Shown piece by piece: positions 1 to 13,700 of a stretch of 56,506 bases of DNA. Location: contig CAXLNC010000268.1 of assembly GCA_964187785.1 (NCBI GenBank), forward strand, positions 1 through 56,506, in the 5' to 3' direction. Both the position numbers and the translations under genes were made by a program. The notes beneath the pieces are model-generated. The model did no database searches, had not been told where the DNA came from, and worked only from the letters and a program-made list of their open reading frames with translations. Position 1 is the stretch's first letter; every line of letters starts with the position of its first letter. The DNA comes from Amphiscolops sp. MND2022. Lineage: Eukaryota.

Positions 1-600
1 ATCTCCTAATTATTATATATCCTGATTATATATATCCTACTTACAGATTATATATATATATATATATATCCTATACAGAGATTCCCTCAAATAATCTTGA
101 CAATTAGGTTGAAGATTATAAATGTTACTTACCTTGATTTAGAATCAAAAGAAGACTAAATTAGTAAAGATCAAAAGAAGATTGGTAAGAAGACTTCGAG
201 AATTCTTCAACTAGTTTTGTAAAGATTATATATTTCGATTATGAATCTTCAAATGTTCAAATGAGAGTTATTATTCAATAGCTGGGCAACTTGTCTTGGC
301 AGTAACTAATCACACACTGTCAGAACGGTTTGTTTATTTTACTCTGTAATCGAACAATTTCAGTCACGTGACCAATGCATCGTTCTCTCAAACGCAGAGA
401 AGAGTGAGATTGGCGCCAGTCCGCTTATGACGGCCGGCGCGTTGCTATAGTTACCGACAGAAAACGGTTTGTTTATGTTACTCTGTAATCGACCAATTTC
501 GATCACGTGACCAATGCATCATTCTCTCAAACACAGAGAATAGTGAGATTGACGCCAGCCCGTTTATGACGGTCGGCGCGATGCTATAGTTACCGACACA
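1..600 (-). mobile_element. LTR-like segment with (TA)n microsatellite (about 49-69) and 139-bp tandem duplication (324-462, 463-598)
   Basis: Two near-identical 139-bp units, each containing TCACGTGACCAATGCATC. The minus strand of each unit begins TGTCGGTAAC (LTR-like TG start). No partner LTR in the window. Confidence 0.4.
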
Positions 601-1743
601 TTTTAGACACGTATTATATATACCAAGATATAATGTAGCGTTCTAAAATATCGCAACCTCATTGCTTAAAATGACAAACTGAAAATCAAATATCTCGGCA
701 ACTGTCACGAATCAAAAATTTTGCCAGCTACAAAAGAATTTTTGTTACACAAATTTAGCACAAATTATGAAGTTAATACTGATAACATTTTTACAGAATC
801 AATACAAACAATGCATTCTCTTAAACACAGAGAAGAATGGTAAAAGAAGATTGTTTTTTACAAAGTTCGGACAACTGAATATTGACTGAAATTGGCTCTT
901 TTCTTCATTGATAATATAAGCATACAAAAACTTAATTACAACACATTTGACACAATATAATTGTTACCAAAACTCAGCACAAATTATGAAGTTAAGTATT
1001 GATAACATTCTTACAAATCAATACTATAATTGTTATAATTAAATAATAATTTAGAAATTCTTTAAATCACTATAGATCAAACGGCATATACTGCACCAGG
1101 TTCGCATAGTTTTGAATGCGTTTGAACAAATTGACTAAAATTGATTCAACTAAAATTTATCAAGTTTGAAATAATTAATTAATTAGAACATTTAAAAAGG
1201 CTATAGTGCAGCCAAATCCAAATTATGTGTGTCATTCATTGAAGTGTCTTTGATGTGTGCTGATGGGTGATCAACCAGAAGGAATACAAATGGTCCTAAA
1301 ACATAAATGTTGTAAGTGTTGTATTTCTAACTAAGTCTATGAAAAGAATAGAGTTTCTAAAATAGTATCTCTTTTGATCACAATGTATACTGAGTTAGGT
1401 TACATCAATAACATAAATGGATGTAGCAACTCCACATCTAATGTTTGTAAATATAGCTGGTATGTCTACAACCGAAATACGGTAAAGGTCAAATGTCTCT
1501 GGGATTAAGATTACTGTCTCCATTATGTATTCTACTATGGTCTCTGGGATTAAGATTACTGAGATAAATTAAAATATGTATCATACTTCTGTATTGCTCG
1601 TAATCTACTACTGTATTTTGTGTTTAATTGGATGTGTTTTAATCTAGTTCTATGATAAGAAACTATGATAATTTCATTGAATTCAAACTTTTGGAGCCTT
1701 CAGAAGTGCTGATTAAACGAGGTACATATTTCGCGATATCTTG

Positions 1744-2160
1744 CAGTGGAATCCACTGTTAAAAACAGCAGGTGTCAAAAACTGCGGAATTCGCTTGCAC
1801 AACAGCGGAATCCACTGGTGCTGTTGCGGAATCCGCTGTCGCAGCAGTGGATTCCACTGTTTTTTCTTTTACATTACGAAAGCTTGTCCTTGGAATCCAC
1901 TAATTTTATGCTGTGTATTAATATGTGACCCCGGATTCCGGTACAGCGACTGTGGAATCCACTGTTGCTAATATAATAATATATGCCTCTGAATTCCACC
2001 AAAAACTCAATGTAAAGAGATTTGTCCCCGGAATCCAGAAAACATTGCAAGCGGAATCCGCTGCACATGTTATAAAGTGTGTCTTTGAAATCCGTCATTT
2101 TAAACAGCGGATTCCAGGTCTGGTAGGTGCTACCTGCGGTTAGCAGTCAATTCCGCAGTT
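1744..2160. repeat. Cluster of about 12 palindromic CAG(T/C)GGA(A/T)TCC(A/G)CTG motifs
   Basis: Copies at about 1744, 1803, 1826, 1845, 1891, 1931, 1951, 2028, 2050 and 2105, in both orientations with irregular spacing. The overlapping ORFs are by-products of the repeat. Confidence 0.8.
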
Positions 2161-2439
2161 TTCAAAAAGTGTAGGGATATGCGTCGTAATGTGGTTTAGT
2201 GCGAGAATCGAACCCCCGCTCTCCGCTTCAGGAATTTAGTCGAAGAAGATGAACAACAGAACAGATGAACAAATTGTAAAAAGTGGACCATTCAGAGTGA
2301 GATTGTAGGCTGAAAAAGAAAAAAAACTACCCACTGTAATAGTCGGGCTTTTTTCCTTAAGGGAAAAGGAGCCGACTAAAAACAGGTGTTTGCTCAGCTT
2401 TCACGACTATCATCTTCAAACCGGTGCCTGCCAAGGATG

Positions 2440-4820
2440 CAGATGAAGGATGCATTGTTTGCTCAAACTAAGGTAATCGAAACATTGAGGAAAATACCTT
2501 TTGATTTCCGCAAATGGACGTGCAGCGACACTTTGCTGACATAAAGTCTATCACCTGAATACGAGAAAGCAGATGAATCGTTCAACTTTGTGGATTAAAG
2601 TCACACAAATAAAACGCTTGGAATTATCTGGAGCCTTGTCAGAGACAAAATCACGTTCACTTGAATCACTTGACAGAGCATTGAATGATCAAAGCGCTAC
2701 TTATTAGATGGCATTGTGAAAACAGTTAATCCTTTGGGATGTTTTCAACTTTGACACTACAATTGAAAAACATTGCAAAAAGTTCGGCAGCCCAACACGG
2801 AGGGGAACGAGTCACTGTCAACCACATTTACGACCTTGTATGTACTCTCACTAGAGGTTCGATTGAGGTTTTTGAGAGCAAGTGAAATCAATTGCTCTGC
2901 TCCAAGCAGGGGGCAATCTGATGACGTCAATCTTCACATTCTTCCTAGTGACACGAATCTTGGCACGCTTGCCAAGATGCATGGGTATGCTTGCCAAGAT
3001 CTTGCCAAGATCTTGCCAAGATCTTACCAAGCGTAGCATGCATCATGTTTTTCCATGCGTCTTGGTAAGCCTACCATGCGTTTCCATGTTTTTCCAAGAT
3101 CTTGGCAAGGCTACCAAGATTCGTGTCACTGGGTTCCTATGCCTCTTAGAAGGGATATGCAGCATGCGTATACAGACTATCTTGGGTTTTCAGGATTGCA
3201 AAAACTCAGAAACATGAAGACAATTGCTGGTGACACGTACCAAATACACATCCTGCTGATATTGCTTCAAGAGGTCTGGATCCCGAAGCTTTTGTATATC
3301 AAATTACTATGGAGTGAACCAGAATTGTTAATACCTTATTCTTTTCCGATACAACTTCAGGTGGTAGAGACTCAGGAGAAAGAAAAACGTGCGGCCGGGA
3401 AGAAAGAAGAACGACCATCAAAAGAAATCGTTGCAGCTGCCACTGATATTACACACTCGCAGCCGATACATTTACATCATCCAACAGAATTGTTCGAATA
3501 AATCTAGAGAAAAGTTGCCACTGTCAAACGCACAGTCAGCTGATTAAAACATGAAAAAAAAATATTTTCCCAGTACGTTACGGCTGGAAAAAAAGCTGAC
3601 GGACTTTATATAACTCTACACCATTATCAGAAGTTGTTTTACAGGAACGAAATTGCTGCGATACAATCGACAGTCCATAAACCAAGTGAAATCCTCAAAC
3701 TTTATACTATTGCTCCTCCAGTTCGTTTTATGCTTTGGTGGACTGTTAGTCCATGCAGATCTACCCAGGAAAGCCAAGTATCAACACAACTCTCACATAA
3801 GTCACTTAGCAAAACTGAATTTTGCGAAGAACGTCTATTGGAGGAACGTCTAATCAAAATTTGGCTCCACTTCGGAATTATTTTGGATTCCGTCTTGACG
3901 TTACAGTTTACGAAAACGTATTTTGAACTGCGTGAAGTGCCCTTTATTCCCGTCAAAGGCTACTATACCAATGATATAGGATCTTCAAACGTCAAGAGTC
4001 GATGTTCTGCTAGAGCATTTCAAAAATGTCGGAATATATTTCGGAGGTCCTTTTCAAGTCGAAGACAATCTCGCAAACCATTAAAAGCGCACCTTCCTGT
4101 ATTCGTTTGTTTCGCGAGTTGCACAGCACACTTTTAAGATGTTTCCTGTATCTGAAGTAGCGACCAACGCGTGTATTGCTGCTCTACGTCGGTTTGCAGT
4201 CCGAGGAAGATCTCCTGAAATCTTTCTCCGGGAAGTCGCCGTTTTCTCACAGGCTCAACTAGAGAAGCTACTATATAGTTTGAGTACAACATCATGCTAA
4301 TTCGTTTCAAGCTGCCGAGGCAGGGCTTTCAATAACCTGAAACTTCACTCCCTTACGATAACCTACTTTACGAAATCTTTGGCAAGCCTCGAAGCCAAAC
4401 ACCACTTGGTGAGAGTAATGGGGAATAACTTTCTCTCATTTGAAAATAAAATACACTGTTCTGTCAAACTGAAAGAATAGTGAATACTACTCATAAAGGA
4501 ATCCCATCCGATGGACACCAAAAATCCTCAACATCTAACAGCGGTTCACCTATGTTGCCCTGTAAAACTGTAACCTTTAATAGCTAGAACAACTAGAACA
4601 GATATGTCATGCCCCGCATTTTTTCGACATGGTCAAAGAACAGGAAGTCAAATTGTTGCGATAAACTCAATAAAACCAGCTCATCCGACAAGGTGGCAAC
4701 CCTAACACAGACTTCCCCGGATAACCCACGGACTCCTCCAAGACGGTCTCAGAGAGAAAAGCAACACGGCTCTCCGCCCCGATATACTAAGACCAGTTCG
4801 GACTGGAGGGGGTAGGGAGA
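2440..4820 (+). pseudogene. pol: Degenerate BEL/Pao LTR retrotransposon pol (RNase H + integrase)
   Basis: IKRLELSGAL at 2609-2638 (BEL xPRLELxxA motif); GGLLVHADLP (about 3735-3770); KAHLPVFVCF; ACIAALRRFAVRG (about 4169-4207); KHHLVRVMG (about 4400). Many stops and frameshifts. Ends in a purine tract GGAGGGGGTAGGGAGA followed by TGT at 4821 (PPT/LTR junction). Confidence 0.8.
2944..3133. mobile_element. 190-bp CACTA-type MITE inserted in the BEL element
   Basis: TIRs CCTAGTGACACGAATCTTGG / CCAAGATTCGTGTCACTGGG (19/20 match), TT on both flanks, internal CTTGCCAAGAT repeats. Confidence 0.8.
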
Positions 4821-6928
4821 TGTACATTGTCGTAAACTCTATTCTAACAGATCGTAAATTTTATAGAAGTCTTGTGCATGTATCTCTTGATTTCAGATGA
4901 TCATTGTATGAACAAAATGTTTCAGATGAACCTGTCACAACAAATAGAGTTTTCGAAACAAATTGTTTATGATCGAAATAGTTTTTTAGAACAATCCAGT
5001 TTGAGAGATCTCCTTTTAATGGGGCTCCTGTTCAAAGATGTGACGAGCATTTTCAAATTTCTTCGGCTTTTCATCATCTAACATTGAAAGTGATGCCTTA
5101 TGCTTTTGGGCTATGTCGTGGCGTATTTTCGCCTTGTTTGTGGATCATTTCAATCACTCATCGATGTCAATGGTTTTGTCATCGAAAAGTGCTGGGGTAG
5201 TGTCGTTCGGGAAGTGCTCTTTTTTGTTCCAGCTCTGTCCGCGGACAGCGCGGAAGCTGAGATGACCTTTTCGATGATTGTGGCAGAGGAGATAGAGGCT
5301 GTATCTACGTTGAAATTTGAAGGTGTATGTTGCACTGAGTCTTGTGCTGTGGCATTTCGTGGTGTATTAGCTGTCCTTTGTTTGGCCGTCATCGTAGGAG
5401 GCAGGTAGGGTCGGCCCCACAGGCTGTCAACAGTATATTTAATCAAAGTCCTGAGAGCCCCAATGAAAATTAAGCGTCTTGTCGCTTTCCGCCTGAAGAA
5501 ATCAAGCCACTTCTCGCTTGTTGCTATAAAATACTTCGATCATGATCGTCCTTTTCAAATTTTCAACAACAAAAAACAATCCAAATTCTTCAACATGCCT
5601 TCAACACAATAATAGTAAGAACTGTTCTCCAATATTGCTTCGCTGTCATCCAAATTGTAATGCCAATCTCCCATTTTTGTATACGACTTCTTCATATGTA
5701 TCATATGATTTTTGAAGCCCTCAAGACCTCAATTATGACCATTATGTATTTTATGCTTCTAAAAACCTTGAAAAACTCTTCTTTTTACAAACGTAAAGGA
5801 TCCGATTGTCCCAGTTTCAATTCAGTTTGTTAAAACCCATTGAGCATGACCTTAGTAGGAATCCCAGCGACATCTCCGTCTGTTGAAAAACTTCACCACC
5901 AACCCTACCAACCCATTCTCGAATAAAAACACCTCCAGAATGTCACTTTTCAATGCCAAAAACTTACTTCACGTTTTTATACCACGCGCACTATTCACTG
6001 AATCACCTTTTTCACTATTGTCATTGTAGGCAATTATGACCCTACCGAACAAAAAAATACTATCTATCCATAAAATCTCCTTTATACAACTCCTCTATAC
6101 AACGTCCTCCATACAACTCGTCCTCTAATTGTTCTTCAAGAAGCCCTCAATTAAATGATGATTCCAAACGCCCACTCAAATTTCTGTCAGTGTTGCTAAC
6201 TTCTTCCCAAAAATGAAAAAAAAACAGAGAGCTACCTTCCTCTTGAATAACACACACACACACTCTCTCTCTATCTCTTTATATACTTTTCTGGTTCATA
6301 AGCAATGGTCAATCGCACAATTAAACTTCATTTTTGCAAAATTCTCTGCCTTCATTCTAAAGAAACAAGATAAATTTTTTCCTGCAATTGCAAATACTTC
6401 TGAAGAAATAACGAATCCCTTGCCTAAATTAACGCCTCCTCATTATTATACTTTTGACACTCCCAAGAGTTCTAATCATACTTTTCTTCAAACCTCTAAT
6501 ACCTTTTCCTATGTCCTCTAAACTCCCAATGTATGCAAAAACTCGTTAATATGCCCCACTGTTACATTCGTTACTGAAAATTTTACCTTGCTACGTCCTC
6601 ACGTTGAGATAGCTCCAAAATCTTCTCGAACTTCTTACTTCACGAACTTACAATGTCAACTTTATATGTCATTGATTCACTCAAAAAACATTTTCTCGAA
6701 ACTCCCACTTCTTCATTTAGATCATCCTGAAAACAGGAAGATCAATTTATCTCTCTATAATCTTCAACCTCTTAAAATCTCCTTTAAAGTACTCATCTTC
6801 GCAAAAACGCCCACCAAAAATTTCATCCTTATCACTCCAGGCAAATATATTTTTTTCTCTGTCAAACTTTTCCAGTTTTCTCTAACTTTTTTTCTTTGGG
6901 ACTACAAAAAATTCAAATAACTAAATTG

Positions 6929-9900
6929 AGTCTTTCGAAAGATGCAAGTTTCGTTAAGTTTATCATTCCCCTAAGTTCAAAAATGACACACTATTAATAG
7001 CAAACATAGCACTCCCTTGCATACTTTTCTACTTCTGACATCTCTTTCAATCTATTTCTTTCCAAAAATTATTCTCCTCAATCATATTTCTCTATCTCAC
7101 AAAAACTCGAATTCATCAGTTTCTAAAAATGTCTAAAAATTTCAACACAAGTATCATTTTTCTTACAAATATCGTTTTCCATTTCAGAAACACAATTCGT
7201 TCACTTCGACTTATTCTACCAGTCTTTCAGCTTCTTTCTACCAGTCTGACTGCTTAAAGTTTTCTTAAATTTTGCAAAAAGAAGCACTTACATTTTCCTC
7301 CACAAAATTTGTTGTCAAAATTGCTCCTTGCTCCAATTTGAAAACGACTATAGTGAAAAAAAACTGCATCTTCAAAAAATCAAAATTTTAGTCCATCACA
7401 ACCTTGTTGCTTTTATTCATCGTTATTCCACGCTTTTCTATAAAAACTTCCTCAAAAATTGTCTTCCACCTACTTTTAACCACAAAACGATACAACATTT
7501 TAACAACATTCACTAGATCCTCTGAAATAATATTCACATGAATTCGGTTTCACCAACTTCTCTTTTCAATATCTGTTCTTTCTTTCATCATGCCTTTCCC
7601 CATCATTGTCCACTGCTTGTACCGATTCCAAAACGACTGGTCAACTCATCAACCAGATGTTGGATTCATCCACAACTTGATCCATTTCTCTATCCAACTC
7701 TACTTCCACATAGCTCCTACTTTGCCTTCTGTTTCTTGACAATTACCTTTGAATCTGCCCCGCCGAGTGGAACATCAATCCTCAGGAAATTCTTCCTCTG
7801 CCTCCTTCACTCTTCCTCTCTAGCCTCAAGATGCAGTTGCCACAAACACATTTCCGTAACAATGCCCTCCTATGAAAGAACTGACCCAGCCGTTGCAACT
7901 TCGCAAGCCTCGTCACACGAAACGTCCTCAATTGCACCCAGGTGAAGCTGGTACAGAAACTAAACGAATCGTTCCTTCTGTTAGTTATAAACGAAAACGG
8001 TCCAATTTATAATGATGCCCAAATAAATTATGAAAAGTATTTAGACTCACGGCTTCATTATCAAACCAATGACTTTCATATATATTGCCTCAAAATTGAA
8101 TGAGATTGCGAATACATCACAGCCACTCACTCAAAATCAACGAAAATAAAAACTCCCGCTACAATAATAATAGTGCTTACCATCAATCCTAATACAAATA
8201 CCCCATAATCACTCTATACACACTAATCATTTCCTCAGTTTTCAGCAAACCTGCTCTTTTTCAAAATCAAATCGTTTTCCAACTCAATTGATAACAATTC
8301 CTCTGCCAGCCTATTGTGCCTATTGATACAAAAATTGAGTCTCTTATCGTTCATTATTGTTGAACTACATTGACGTATTCATTTTTCCCTCAATTGCAAT
8401 CATCTTACTAATCTTTTTGCACTACATGTATCTATATAATGCCTCTAATAAAAACAGAATAAAAAATTACACAACAAAATCAGCATAAAGTTTTTTTTAC
8501 CTTCAATATTCACGACTCTACATCACATATGTAACCTTTTACTTTTTCCGTATTAACATCTATAAACTTTTAAATTCGAAATACTGTTACTCCAAGTCAA
8601 CATTGTTTTGTCTGAGATTTTGTCAGCTATAACATGGTACTGCGCAATTTGTCGGACAGCGAGGAGATTGCAAAAGTAGCCACAACGACAGCAGTTGCAG
8701 GATTGACAGCAAATTGGGACTCGCCAGAATCTGCTGCTACTATAGAATGGGAGGAGTGGTGGAACCTGTTTATGATTGCTGTAAACCCAAATATTCAATA
8801 TCTGTGGACGAGTTACTGCCAAAGGTGATCAAAAACAGACCACAAATTGCAGCATTGAATAATAACCGGCACGAGCAGGCAGCAGATACAAAGTTCGTTA
8901 GTCTTCTACTCCTGTCATTTAAAACAGCAGCAAGCAAACAATTGACGGACAAAGTTCTGCAAATGATAATAGCAACAGGTTCACTGAGAGAAATCAGGGA
9001 AAACTGCGAACAAGCTTTCATGAAATCTGGCAATCGAACACTAGAACGTTACAAATTTTTGGCAAGAAAACAGAAGGACAGGGAGACGCTTAGCCAATTT
9101 TGGCACACACTAACGTCCTTTGCAGCAACGTGTGAGTTTGGCGAGCAATTACAGAGCCCTATATTGGATGTGTTCACATCGTAGAAAAGATGAACAACAA
9201 GTCTGTACAAGAACCATTTTGCACAGAACCGAAAGGAGACACGCAAGAAGCTTTTATAATTGCTATAGAATATGAAGAAGGAATACATTAACATCAAACA
9301 CAACCGAGGGACACAGCAAAAGAGGTTTAACAGGAACCAGTGTTCATTTTGAACGAAAAGAGAAATCGAGTCACAAGATGTTGGTTTGAAGTTATAAAGT
9401 TTCATTAAGCTAGTTGCGAGGCCAAAAAGGAACAATGCAGAATCTGCTACAACAATGGACATTTTGCATGAATGTACAGAACCATAAAATATGGCAATTC
9501 AAGAGGAAGAGGACGAAACTACAATCGTGCCAGAATGAGACGCGTTAAGCTAAATGGATGAGACAGCGCCAAATCAGAAACTGGCAGTGACAACGAAGAA
9601 GACATCATGGTACTTCACGTGAACGGAAGTGGTAATCAACTATTCGTAATGAACGGAAAAAAATGTCGTTCCACCCCATGATTGATTCAGGTTCCCCGAT
9701 TACAATCTTCACTCAAGCAGACTTACGAAAAGTTCCAAAAGTGGACGTAACTTTTGCACGACTAATGCCAAAAAAAGAACTACGTCGATTACAAAAAGAA
9801 ACCGTTGAATTTAGTGGGATTCGTCACAGCAGATGAACATGTGGGAGAAACAAAATCAAAAAAGGAGTCAAAGGCATTACACGCGATGGAAGAAGATCAC

Positions 9901-10053
9901 TGATCGGAAGAAACTGCTAGTCGTACTGAACTTTAGAGTAGGCGAAGCAAACAAGTATAATAACGCTGTTAATAAAAGAACTAATCAAAACATTATTATT
10001 GAAAAACTAAAACAAACATTCCCAAAACTATTAACGAGAATGGGAAAAATTAA
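6929..10053 (+). repeat. Copy 1 of a 3.12-kb tandem duplication (upstream/LTR-like region + Gypsy gag-protease)
   Basis: AGTCTTTCGAAAGATGCAAG at 6929 recurs at 10054. ORF pairs are offset by 3118 bp (8553/11671, 8714/11832). The copies differ by scattered substitutions. Confidence 0.95.
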
Positions 10054-10055
10054 AG
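8634..10055 (+). pseudogene. gag: Gypsy/Ty3 gag-protease, degenerate, truncated at the duplication junction
   Basis: WEEWWNLF; NRTLERYKFLARKQKDRETLSQFW..L..AATCEFG (homologous to the gag at 55454); protease MIDSGSP at about 9680. Multiple frameshifts. Confidence 0.85.
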
Positions 10056-13000
10056 TCTTTCGAAAGATGCAAGTTTCGTTAAGTTTATCATTCCCCTAAG
10101 TTCAAAAATGACACACCATTAGTAGCAAACATAGCACTTCCTTGCATACTTTTCTACTTCTGACATCTCTTTCAATCTATTTCTTTCCAAAAATTATTCT
10201 CCTCAATCATATTTCTCTATCTCACAAAAACTCGAGTTCATCAGTTTCTAAAAATGTCTAAAAATTTCAACACAAGTATCATTTTTCTTACAAATATCGT
10301 TTTCCATTTCAGAAACACAATTCGTTAAATTCGACTTATTCTACCAGTCTTTCAACTTCTTTCTACCAGTCTGACTGCTTAAAGTTTTCTTGAATTTTGC
10401 AAAAAGAAGCACTTACATTTTCCCCCACAAAATTTGTTGTCAAAATTGATCCTTGCACCATTTTGAAAACGACTATAGTGAAAAAAAACTGCATCTTGAA
10501 AAAATCAAAAATTTAGTCCATCACAACCTTGTTGCTTTTATTCATCGTTATTCCACGCTTTTCTGTAAAATTTCCTCAAAAATTTTCTTCCACCTACTTT
10601 TAACCACAAAACGATACAACATTTTAACAACATTCACTAGATCCTCTGAAATAATATTCACATGAATTCTGTTTCACCAACTCTTTTCAATATCTGTTCT
10701 TTCTTTCATCATGCCTTTCCCCATCATTGTCCACTGCTTGTACCGATTCCAAAACGACTGGTCAACTCATCAACCAGATGTTGGATTCATCCACAACTTG
10801 ATCCATTTCTCTATCCAACTCTACTTCCACATAGCTCCTACTTTGCCTTCTGTTTCTTGACAATTCCCTTTGAATCTGCCCGCCGAGTGGAACATCAATC
10901 CTCTGGAAATTCTTCCTCTGCCTCCTTCACTCTTCCTCTCTAGCCTCAAGATGCAGTTGCCACAAACACATTTCTGTAACAATGCCCTCCTGTGAAAGAA
11001 CTGACCCAGCCGTTGCAACTTCGCAAGCCTCGTCACACGAAACGTCCTCAATTGCACCCAGGTGAAGCTGGTACAGAAACTAAACGAATCGTTCCTTCTG
11101 TTAGTTATAAACGAAACGGTCCAATTTATAATGATGCCCAAATAAATTATGAAAAGTATTTAGACTCACGGCTTCATTATCAAACCAATGACTTTCATAT
11201 ATATTGCCTCAAAATTGAATGAGATTGCGAATACATCACAGCCACTCACTCAAAATCAACGAAAATAAAAACTCCCGCTACAATAATAATAGTGCTTACC
11301 AATAATCCTAATACAAATACCCCATAATCACTCTATACACAATAATCATTTCCTCAGTTTTCAGCAAACCTGCTCTTTTTCAAAATCAAATCGTTTTCCA
11401 ACTCAATTGATAACAATTCCTCTGCCAGCCTATTGTGCCTATTGATACAAAAATTGAGTCTCTTATCGTTCATTATTGTTGAACTACATTGACGTATTCA
11501 TTTTGCCCTCAAATGCAATCATCTTACTAATTTTTTTGCACTATATGTATCTATATAATGCCTCTATTAAAAACAGAATAAAAAATTACACAACAAAATC
11601 AGCATAAAGTTTTTTTACCTTCAATATTCACGACTCTACATCACATATGTAACCATTCACTTTTTCGGTATTAACATCTATAAAGTTTTAAATTCGAAAT
11701 ACCGTTACTCCGAGTCAACATTGTTTTGTCTGAGATTTTGTCAGCTATAACATGGCACTGCGCGATTTGTCGGACAGCGAGGAGATTGCAAAAGTAGCCA
11801 CAACGACAGCAGTTGCAGGATTGACAGCACATTGGGACTCGCCAGAATCTGCTGCTACAATAGAATGGGAGGAGTGGTGGAACCTGTTTATGATTGCTGT
11901 AAACCCAAATATTCAAAATCTGTGGACGAGTTACTGCCAAAGGTGATCAAAAACAGACCACAAACTGCACCATTGAATAATAACCGGCACGAGCAGGCAG
12001 CAGATACAATGTTCGTTAGTCTTCTACTCCTGTCATTTAAAACAGCAGCAAGCAAACAATTGACGGACAAAGTTCTGCAAATGATAATAGCAACAGGTTC
12101 ACTGAGAGAAATCAAGGAAAAACGCGAACAAGCTTTCATGAAATCTGGCAATCGAACACTAGAACGTTACAAATTTTTGGCAAGAGAACAGAAGGACAGG
12201 GAGACGCTTCGCCAATTTTGGCACACACTAACGTCCTTTGCAGCAACGTGTGAGTTTGGCGAGCAATTACAGAGCCCTATATTGGATGTGTTCACATCGT
12301 AGAAAAGATGAACAACAAGTCTGTACAAGAACCATTTTGCACAGAACCGAAAGGAGACACGCAAGAAGCTTTTATAATTGCTATAGAATATGAAAAAGGA
12401 ATACAACAACACCAAACACAACCGAGGGACACAGCAAAAGAGGTTTAACAGGAACCAGTTTTCATTTTGAACGAAAAGAGGAATCGAGGCACAAGATGTT
12501 GGTTTGAAGTTATAAAGGATCATTAAGCTAGTTGCGCGGCCAAAAAGGAACAATGCAGAATCTGCTACAACAATGGACATTTTGCATGAATGTACAGAAC
12601 CATAAAACATGGCAATTCAAGGGGAAGAGGACGAAAGTACAATCGTGCCAGAATGAGACGCGTTAAGCTAAATGGATGAGACAGCGCCAAATCAGAAACT
12701 GGCAGTGACAACGAAGAAGACATTATGGTACTTCACGTGAACGGAAGTGGTAATCAACTATTCGTAATGAACGAAAAAAAAGCGTCGTTCCACGCCATGA
12801 TTGATTCAGGTTCCCCAATTACAACCTTCACTCAAGCAGATTTACGAAAAGTTCCAAAAGTGGACGTAATTTTTGCACGACTAATGCCAAAAAAAAAGAA
12901 CTACGTCGATTACAAAAAGAAACCGTTGAATTTAGTGGGATTCGTCACAGCAGCTGAACATGTGGGAGAAACAAAATCAAAAAAGTAGGCATAGGCATTA

Positions 13001-13176
13001 CACGCGATGGAAGAAGATCACTGATCGGAAGAAACTGCTAGTCGTACTGAACTTTAGAGTAGGCGAAGCAAACAAGTATAATAACGCTGTTAATAAAAGA
13101 ACTAATCAAAACTTTATTATTGAAAAACTAAAACAAACATTTCCAAAACTATTAACGAGAATGGGAAAAATAAAAG
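10054..13176 (+). repeat. Copy 2 of the 3.12-kb tandem duplication
   Basis: Matches 6929-10053 and runs on into RT coding sequence (KIKGHQIKIEF). Confidence 0.95.
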
Positions 13177-13450
13177 GGCATCAAATAAAAATAGAGTTCA
13201 AGAAAGATGCAAAAATCACCCAACAGAAAGGGACAAGATAGCCAATTCAACTTCAGGACGCAGTAGAACAATAGATTGAAAAACTGCTAACAGAGGGACC
13301 CATATGGCGGAATAAAATTAAATACTGAAGTCCTTATCCAATCAGTGGTGAACCTGTCAAGAAAGACAAAAGTGTCAAATTTGTATTAGACACCAGGTAT
13401 TTGAAGAATGCCATCCAGAAAGAAAAGTATCAAATGCCCAATTGGGGCTT
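11752..13450 (+). pseudogene. pol: Gypsy/Ty3 gag-protease-RT 5' part, interrupted at 13450
   Basis: Gag motifs as above; protease MIDSGSPIT (about 12798); RT start GHQIKIEFKKDAKITQQKG; ...LDTRYLKNAIQKEKYQMPNWG then cut by a TIR. Confidence 0.88.
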
Positions 13451-13700
13451 CCCCAGTCGAACTCCCATACATTTCTTGCAAGAATCTTGCAGAAGTGGTA
13501 CATTTCAGACACTATCTGCAAGAATCTTGCAAGAATCTTGGATTTCAGACAAACCTGTCAGATTCTTGCAGATCAGACATTTCTTGCAGATTGAGACGTT
13601 TCTTGCAAGATTCTTGCAGGTCAAGACATTTCTTGCAAGATTCTTGGACGGATCTTGCAAGACAATGTCTGAAACTTGAAAGATATTCTGCAAGAAAATG
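13451..13700 (+). repeat. Left TIR plus subterminal palindromic CTTGCAAG repeats
   Basis: CCCCAGTCGAACTCCCATACATTTCTTGCAAGAATCT followed by more than 10 (T)CTTGCAAGA/CTTGCAGA motifs. Confidence 0.9.

Noticed and set aside
2175-2235. tRNA-like stretch on the minus strand (GGTTCGATTC B-box, ...ACCA)
   Set aside because: Only a T-arm-like motif; no D arm, anticodon arm or acceptor stem can be built.
4870-5560. Coding-like fragments on the minus strand (e.g. KIRHDIAQKHKASLSML)
   Set aside because: Broken by stops and not assignable to any family by eye.
5560-8600. ORFs in the C/T-skewed region upstream of gag (6213, 6588, 7538, 10662 and others)
   Set aside because: Low-complexity composition, no motifs, and frames differ between the duplicated copies.
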